Assembly (NCBI GenBank): GCA_030390025.1
Contig: CM059432.1
Coordinates: 73,658,001 to 73,722,000 of the forward strand
DNA: 64,000 nucleotides
Reading direction: 5' to 3'
From: Squalus acanthias
Lineage: Eukaryota
The translations under genes were made by a program, and so were the position numbers. Shown piece by piece: positions 57,667-64,000 of this stretch; positions within the stretch are counted from its first letter, which is position 1, and the number at the start of each line of letters is the position of its first letter. Below the pieces are notes generated by a model. That model made no database searches and had not been told where the DNA came from. It worked only from the letters and a program-made list of their open reading frames with translations.

Positions 57667-58023
57667 ACAGAATCCCCACAGTACAGATAGAGTCCATTTC
57701 GGCCCATCGAGCCTGCACCGACACATATCCCACCCTATCCCCGTAACCCCACGTATTTAATCCCCCCTAACATATCCCACCCTATCCCCGTAACCCCATG
57801 TATTTAATCCCCCCTAACACTAAGGGTCAATTTATCATAGCCAAATCAACCTAACCCGCACATCTTTGGACTGTGGGAGGAAACCGGAGCACCCGGAGGA
57901 AACCCACGCAGACACGGGGAGAATGTGCAAACTCCACACAGACAGTCACCCGAGGCCAGATTCGAACCCGGGTCCCTGGCGCTGTGAAGCAACAGTGCTA
58001 ACCACTATGCCACCGTGTTGCCC
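57667..58023 (-). mobile_element. tRNA-derived V-SINE (HE1-like)
   Basis: Minus strand has A box TGGCATAGTGG and B box GGTTCGAATC, V-domain gtggagtttgcacattctccccgtgtctgcgtgggtttcctccgggtgctccggtttcctcccac, and a CR1-like tail; ~47-bp internal tandem duplication at 57723-57818. Confidence 0.88.
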
Positions 58024-58098
58024 TTTTCTACCACTTTGCTCATTTCCTGACTCACTGGTCAGCAGTGTCACTGTCTAGGACAACAACTTATAAAGGGA

Positions 58099-58265
58099 TG
58101 AATTTCTGCAGAGGTTCTTCCACTTGCCCTCCATATCTTTGGTGGAAGAGCTGCGGAAACATTGGAAAAATGATCTAAATGTGTTTACGCTGTTATTCCG
58201 GGGTTTTCGCAGCTCTCCGGCTGAAGTTACGGTGGACGATCAGGAGAACTTCTGTAGAAATTCAT
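58099..58265. mobile_element. Small hairpin-type MITE
   Basis: ATGAATTTCTGCAGAGGTTCT / AGAACTTCTGTAGAAATTCAT inverted ends. Confidence 0.6.
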
Positions 58266-58330
58266 ATAATTTTTGGCCATTGACATCCAGACTTGCTGTA
58301 AGTAAAGACCCAAATGGAATAAAACCCATG

Positions 58331-59223
58331 GGGGTAAAAATTAGGTCGCGCCCCATTTGGGGCGCAAATATCGTCTGGACGCAAATATTAGCGCCTGGCG
58401 CTAATTATCGCCACTGACTGGAAACTTCACTTTTACCGCCCCGGGAGGTGAGTGGAGCGCTATATCAGGCGCTGCACACCTGTCTTAAGGCGCAAAGGCC
58501 AAGGAGTGAGGCGCTACCTCAGAGCGCTGGCGAAGCTCATGTAATGTCAGTCAGCAATGGAACACACACACAATGGCACGGGCCAGTTCTTAAAGGGGAT
58601 GGTTAATCTTGCTTTCCATCCACATCCTGTTCATTGCAGCCTTGAATCTCGGCCTGGAGAGACTTGCACATCAAATGTGCTGGAAAGAACAATGGAGAGT
58701 ACCAGGCAAAGAGCTCAGAGTGCAGCTCCCACAGTCTCTGCTAAATCGATACAAGGAATGGCAAATCAAAATGAACCTGCAAAGTGCTGCTCAGTACCCA
58801 AAACTCCTTCACACAACGTTGAATCTCTCCAGAAGTCTCTCCCTCTCTCTCTCAGAATGCGTAGTTCAAAAATGCCACCAACAATAAAAGACAGGAAGAG
58901 GCCCCCTTTAAATAGCGCCCCCCCCAGCCCCACAGCGATTGATAGCGTTCCAGTCTTCTGGTCGTTGGATGCGCCAGGCGGTAAGGCAGGGGGCGCCACT
59001 CAATTTCCGCTCCGGGGCACCACAAGGGCGTTGCACCATGGAATGACGTCATAATCTGCGCGCGCAGGTGGTCGCAGCGGTAAAGTTTAGCGCCGCTGCA
59101 CAATCTCTAGTTAAGTTCCCGAGCGGCGCAAACATCGCTGCGCCCGGGCGTTAGCGGCTTTGCGCCCCATTAGCGCCCTCTTAAGGCGCTAACGGGAGGC
59201 GCAACCAATTGAATTTTTACCCC
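58331..59223. mobile_element. MITE derivative of the Harbinger B family, reverse orientation
   Basis: Perfect TIRs GGGGTAAAAATT / AATTTTTACCCC, ATG TSD; both ends closely match element B's subterminal regions. Confidence 0.92.
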
Positions 59224-60619
59224 ATGATGTTTACAGTATAAAAAAACAGATCATCAGTGAGAATGGTGATTAAAAACCTCTATCTAACCATATTGCAAAT
59301 TAAAAAGTGCAAAGACCATCTTAAGACTATGTACAGCAGCTCGAATGTTGTGCTGCATGCTGCAGAAGGAAACTGTTGAAGAATTGCCTTGTGCTCCTGG
59401 TTGTTTTGAAATCTGTGGAAATGTCTGTTTTGAGCACGAGACTAACTAACATTCAGTTCAAACAAAATTACAAAAGTTCTGTATATAATTTCTACATATT
59501 TTTGTTATTTCCACATAATTTTTTTTACCAAATACCACATGAATAATTGAAACACAAAAATACTTCACCCATCACCATAGAATAATAACTAAAATGTAAC
59601 AACCTCCCCCATATACATACATAACATACAAATAATTCTATCACCTACTACTTGTTATTCAACACAACCTGCATTACAAATACAATTGTTATTCATGAAA
59701 GTTAACCCTTATCTGACATTACATCCTGGTTCTAAATCTACTATTAGCATTACATATCATTACAGTGGCATGAACAGAATTTAACACCATCCCAGTGATA
59801 CCATAGCCTATAAATTAGTGTCACTGTAAAGTATTACACAGTGGCAATTGTAGGCCAGAAATTCTGGCTATTCCAGTGTCTATGCAATTTCTGGTCTCTG
59901 AACGCCCATCATGATTATACTATAGGGCGTAGGGCATTTGAACTGGCATTTAGCTATAGTGTAGGAGGTGCATTACACTTCCAGAACAGGACAGTTAAGA
60001 GTCCTTTGGTGATGACAATTTTGCCTTTAAGTAATTTATCCACTGTTCCACTGAAAATTAGTAGTGCAATGGTTATTGTTATTTCTAGTTAGATTATCCT
60101 ATTTTTTATTTGTTCTTTGTGTTATGCTATTAATAATATTCCATATTGTGCTCAAAATTCAGGATGTGGTTTTTAACATCCAGCATTATGTTGTTTGTTT
60201 TACTATTAGTAGCCAATCAAGCTGCCTAGCCATCAAAGCCTAGAAAGTGCTACACTAAAGTATTACACGGGTGGAAATTGTGCACTGAGGACAAGTAAGA
60301 GTAGAGAAGGTTTGCCAAAGATGTCAGATGGCACTAGAGACATGGGGATTTATTTGCACCTAATCCACCAGGCAGAAAACTGATGGGATCGGGTCATTCG
60401 CCCGTTTAACATTCCATCTGGCTTTGCTTTCCATTGATTTTAATGGAACGTATAATTGGGCTGGTTGTAAAATCCATCAGTTTCCTGTCGGATGGGTTAG
60501 GTTGAAATTATCCCCATACTGTCTGCATCCACAGCTATGCCACTCATTGCATCAATAGGCCCAACCACAGCTAGCACATAGCACAGCACTGCCTCAGGGG
60601 CAAAGTTACAGAGCTGTGC

Positions 60620-61360
60620 TATCTGCTTCAAGAAGATATACAGGTAACCTTAAACATAAGGAGGGCAGCACCAGCGGCTGTTAAGGTGACTGCGACCCTC
60701 TTCATGCCTCTGACTCCTTCAAGCTGAATGGCGGAACAGGCTCGAAGGGCTCAATGGCCTACTCCTGTTCCTATGGGGACCTCTGCAGTGTCAGCCAATT
60801 TGTTGATACTTTAAGAAGATCACAGATGCATTATTGAGCAGGCTCAGTGACTTCATGACATCCGCTATTGACCAAAAGCAGCAACATGAGAAGGCAACAC
60901 AAGTTGTAGGATTGCTGGCTTTCCCAGTGTCTAGAGCATCAACGTCTGCACCCATGCTATTAGGATCCCTGGGAACAATGCTATGCCCTGTATGATATTG
61001 AAGGGATTTTTCTCTCAACTTTGTCACAGTATCTGACCACCAGTACAGAATCATTCAAAGCAATGCTTGCTTCCCTCAAAGCCCCTATAATGCCATAATT
61101 TTAAGCCTATGTCTGCCACAATTAGTTAAAGGAAAATAAAGGAAAGATAGAACCAGGAGACTAAGACCATCCTATATAGCCATGGCTCATAATACCCACG
61201 TACGAAACATGATCAGAAGCACATTACAAGTGCGATGAAGTTCTACAACAAAATTATCAAACGCTCCAATACTATCTTGAAATAACGGATATGGCTGGAC
61301 TGATCAGAGGACAACCTTACAGTATAACCCTCCACAACCACCTGTGAAATGCTCCATAAC
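60620..61360 (+). pseudogene. Very decayed Harbinger transposase remnant with short CR1-tail insert (~60725-60775)
   Basis: Fragments resembling AVKVT, RIAGFP.V.., GFFS.N. Confidence 0.5.
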
Positions 61361-61776
61361 TTTTCCCTGAAAAGAGGCCTCCGCATGTAGCTAGATGAAC
61401 GGGGAAAAGGTCAAAACTGCCAATAATGAATTACTGGCAGTACCAGGAATTCAGCAAGGAAGATTCATGCAACAGATACTAATTCCTCATGTCTTCCATG
61501 GACTATTACAGATACACCATCTGTTAAAGTGACAAACCACATCAGCCAAATAACTACCTCATTCTGCACTTTCACACTCACTTCTTCCCGTCCTGTGCTG
61601 GGATCCTGCTGTGTTGTAAAAAATGACAAATAAATACTCAGCCGAATGTTCAAGTCAATTGCAAGCATTTATTGCCCCTGTTGTGCAGTGTGTGAATGTT
61701 GGCAGATTGAGTTAGCATGGTGCTGCCCCATGGTTAACCTTTGATCAACAGCTGAACAGCAATTTCGAGAGTCATA

Positions 61777-62563
61777 GGGGGGAATTTTGCCAGCCCTGGG
61801 GAGGCGGGTTTGGAGGCGGGACTGCCGGGAAAATGGCAGAAACTGGGAGCGGGTACCAAACCCGCCCCCAACCCGCCTCCATGCCATCTTCCCAGGAGGC
61901 GGGTCCCCGACTCGCGCTGGGGCCCATCTACTCAAGGCGGGAAGGGGATTACAGCCACTTAACTGCCTGTTAACAGGCAGTTAAGAGGCTTATCCCCATT
62001 TTACCAACACAAGTGCGGGCTTCCCAACGTCGGGAAACCCCACCAGGGTCTGCGGGGGTCAGAGGGTTCGAAAAGTGCGCTGTGGAGGTGAGTGATGGGT
62101 GCAAGTGTGGAGAGGTAAGTACGGGAGGTGAGTGAAAAGTGTTAGAAAAAGTTTCCTTACCTTTGTTTCTTTCTGCAGGCTTCAACCGTTAGGGATCCGG
62201 AGGCTCCTCATCTCCACGGCAGAGATGACAGAATGGCTGCTGCATTCTCCGATGCAACAGCCATCTGATTTCCGCTCAGGAAATAGTTTGGTGAATCTTG
62301 AGTACAAGGACTCACCAAAGAACAGAGATTGTCAGCGTTTGACAGCTTCTCAAAGCTGTCAAACGATGACAATTCATCTGTCAAAAATTTTTGACAGATG
62401 AAACGTCATACGCTGACGTTCTCTGTCACCGGCTTTCTCTTAGTTCAACAAGGTCAATCAAGGGAAAATAGCGTGGGTTGGCCGGATGTCATTGGGGGCG
62501 GGACTGAAACCCGACAAGCAGCAGTCCCGCCCCCTACGCGCTCCCATTGATAAAATTCCCCCC
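61777..62563. mobile_element. Harbinger-type MITE (29746/52676 family)
   Basis: GGGGGGAATTTT / AAAATTCCCCCC ends, ATA TSD, colinear with the other two copies. Confidence 0.88.
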
Positions 62564-63414
62564 ATAGAGCCTCTTCTGCCCAGTGAGAAATTACGATTTG
62601 CTTCTCAAATCCTTGAACACGACATAAAACCAATAATACAATTACACCACAAAAAGGCAAAAGGGAGTTTCTTCTCCATGATCCCACCCAAAACCAAACA
62701 GGATCACAGTGGATTATGAAGAAAAATTCAAGCAGTGAGCCCTACCACTGCTTCACTGCCCTGATTGGGATTTCTCTCCACCGCCTCTTCTCCCCCCACT
62801 CCGCCCCCCCCCCCCCCGGGACTGCCGCTAGCCATTCCTTCCCCATTTAAACCACACAAATGGTGGTGTAGGCAGCTGGGCTCAGGCCTCCAGAGGATTT
62901 CATTCCCTTCCGCCCCACTTACTGCTGCTACCTAGGGCAGCTATGTGGAAGGTGGCTATAAGTTCATGGAAGCAGAGGTAAACGCACCAAATTCCCCTAA
63001 TAGAGGGAGAAGGCCATGTTGTGGCCTCTTCCTCCTCCAGTCTGGTCCCTAACACTTACCTGCTGAAGGCCCCAGTCTCGGCCAAATCCTTCAGTGAGAC
63101 ATGCATTCCGATCCTTGGGGCACTTCTGCTCCATAAGGTCCATTCATATCTCTTTTGCTGCTGTAGCTCGGCTACTGATTTTCCACCCTTGCACTAGCAG
63201 ACTCCCTCTTAGTGATGGGAATCCCACTGGGATGGGTGGAAGTCCTGCACTGCCTGCTGGAACTCCATTTGAAGAGGAAAATCCCAGCACAGAAGTCAAG
63301 AAGGCAGAACCAAACTCATGGTCTGCACAGAGTCATAAATGATTATCTGTCATTGTCATTGTCATTGCCTTGGACATCTCCAAAGCCTTTGACACATTCA
63401 AATATTGTCCAAAA

Positions 63415-63600
63415 GCAAAATACTGCGGATGCTGGAAATCGAAAATAAAAACAGAAAATGCTGGAAATACTCAGCAGGTCAGGCAGCATCTGTGGAGAGA
63501 GAAACAGAGTTAACGTTTCAGGTCGGTGATCCTTCGTCAGAACTGGAAAAAGTTAGAGATGTAACAAGTTTTAAGTAAGTACAGAAGCAGGGAAAGCAGG
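63415..63600 (-). mobile_element. Fragment of a second Penelope-like family
   Basis: gcaaaatactgcggatgctggaaat...actcagcaggtcaggcagcatctgtggagagagaaacagagttaacgtttc with a hammerhead core on the minus strand. Confidence 0.65.
63508..63544 (-). ncRNA. Minimal type I hammerhead ribozyme
   Basis: AGUU-CUGACGA-AGG(aucaccga)CCU-GAAA-CG-UU-AACU: stem I AGUU/AACU, palindromic ACGU stem III. Confidence 0.7.
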
Positions 63601-63656
63601 GATATGTTGTCCACTTCTAAACAGGTTACCATCATGTGGCCTCACACCTTTATTAA

Positions 63657-63814
63657 TGGCATCTTGGTTCAGTAGTAATACTCTTGTCTCTGAGTCAAAA
63701 GGTATGGGTTTAAGCTCCACTCCAGGACTTGACCACAGAATGTAAACTGACACTCCAGTGTAGTGCTGAGGGAGTGTTGCATTGTCAGTAGTTCTTTCTT
63801 TCAGATGAGATATT
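63657..63814 (+). mobile_element. DeuSINE 5' (tRNA-like) head, interrupted by a MITE
   Basis: ttggttcagtagt...gggtttaagctccactccaggacttga...gtgctgagggagtg matches the head of the 28312-28700 copy. Confidence 0.6.
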
Positions 63815-64000
63815 GGGCCAGAAATTCGGTTTTCCAGCTTCCTGCGGGTGCAAGCATCGCGCGCGTACTTACCTACCGCGCCTGCCGTTGTGTTTTGGGC
63901 CCACGAGAACTTCGGGTCCTGGGCCTCCTGCAGCTGCCGGCGCACAGTGCTTGCATATCCCAGGGGCGCAGTTAGTTCGAAGCGTCCCCTGGGATCACGT
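63815..64000. mobile_element. MITE of the 812-1552 family, cut by the window end
   Basis: GGGCCAGAAATT after ATT; reverse complement of ~1367-1552. Confidence 0.85.

Noticed and set aside
57950..58023. tRNA gene
   Set aside because: A and B boxes belong to the V-SINE head, followed directly by the V domain.

Overview
Eukaryotic, almost entirely transposon-derived DNA. The V-SINE, DeuSINE and CR1 repertoire points to a cartilaginous fish (inference). No host protein-coding gene could be supported. The centrepiece is a 3'-truncated endogenous retrovirus-like provirus at 4172-~13747. It has a ~1.7 kb LTR, a tRNA-Ser-like PBS, gag with a PSAPPSY late motif and CCHC knuckle, an in-frame UGA-CUAG readthrough junction, and an intact PR-RT-tether-RNaseH-IN pol. 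Its env looks like a paramyxovirus-F-type fusion protein, as in lokiretroviruses, but carries an apparent immunoglobulin domain in front. The rest of the window holds at least five PIF/Harbinger DNA transposons or their remains (one with an intact 386-aa transposase and a spliced Myb/SANT partner), many Harbinger MITEs with 3-bp TSDs, and several CR1 LINEs (one near full length with a zinc-finger/esterase ORF1). It also holds a 1458-bp solo LTR, short Penelope-like insertions carrying minimal hammerhead ribozymes (one an 82-bp-arm palindrome with a ribozyme core on each strand), SINEs and L2/RTE remnants, extensively nested. Family names come from motif recognition by eye, not database searches.
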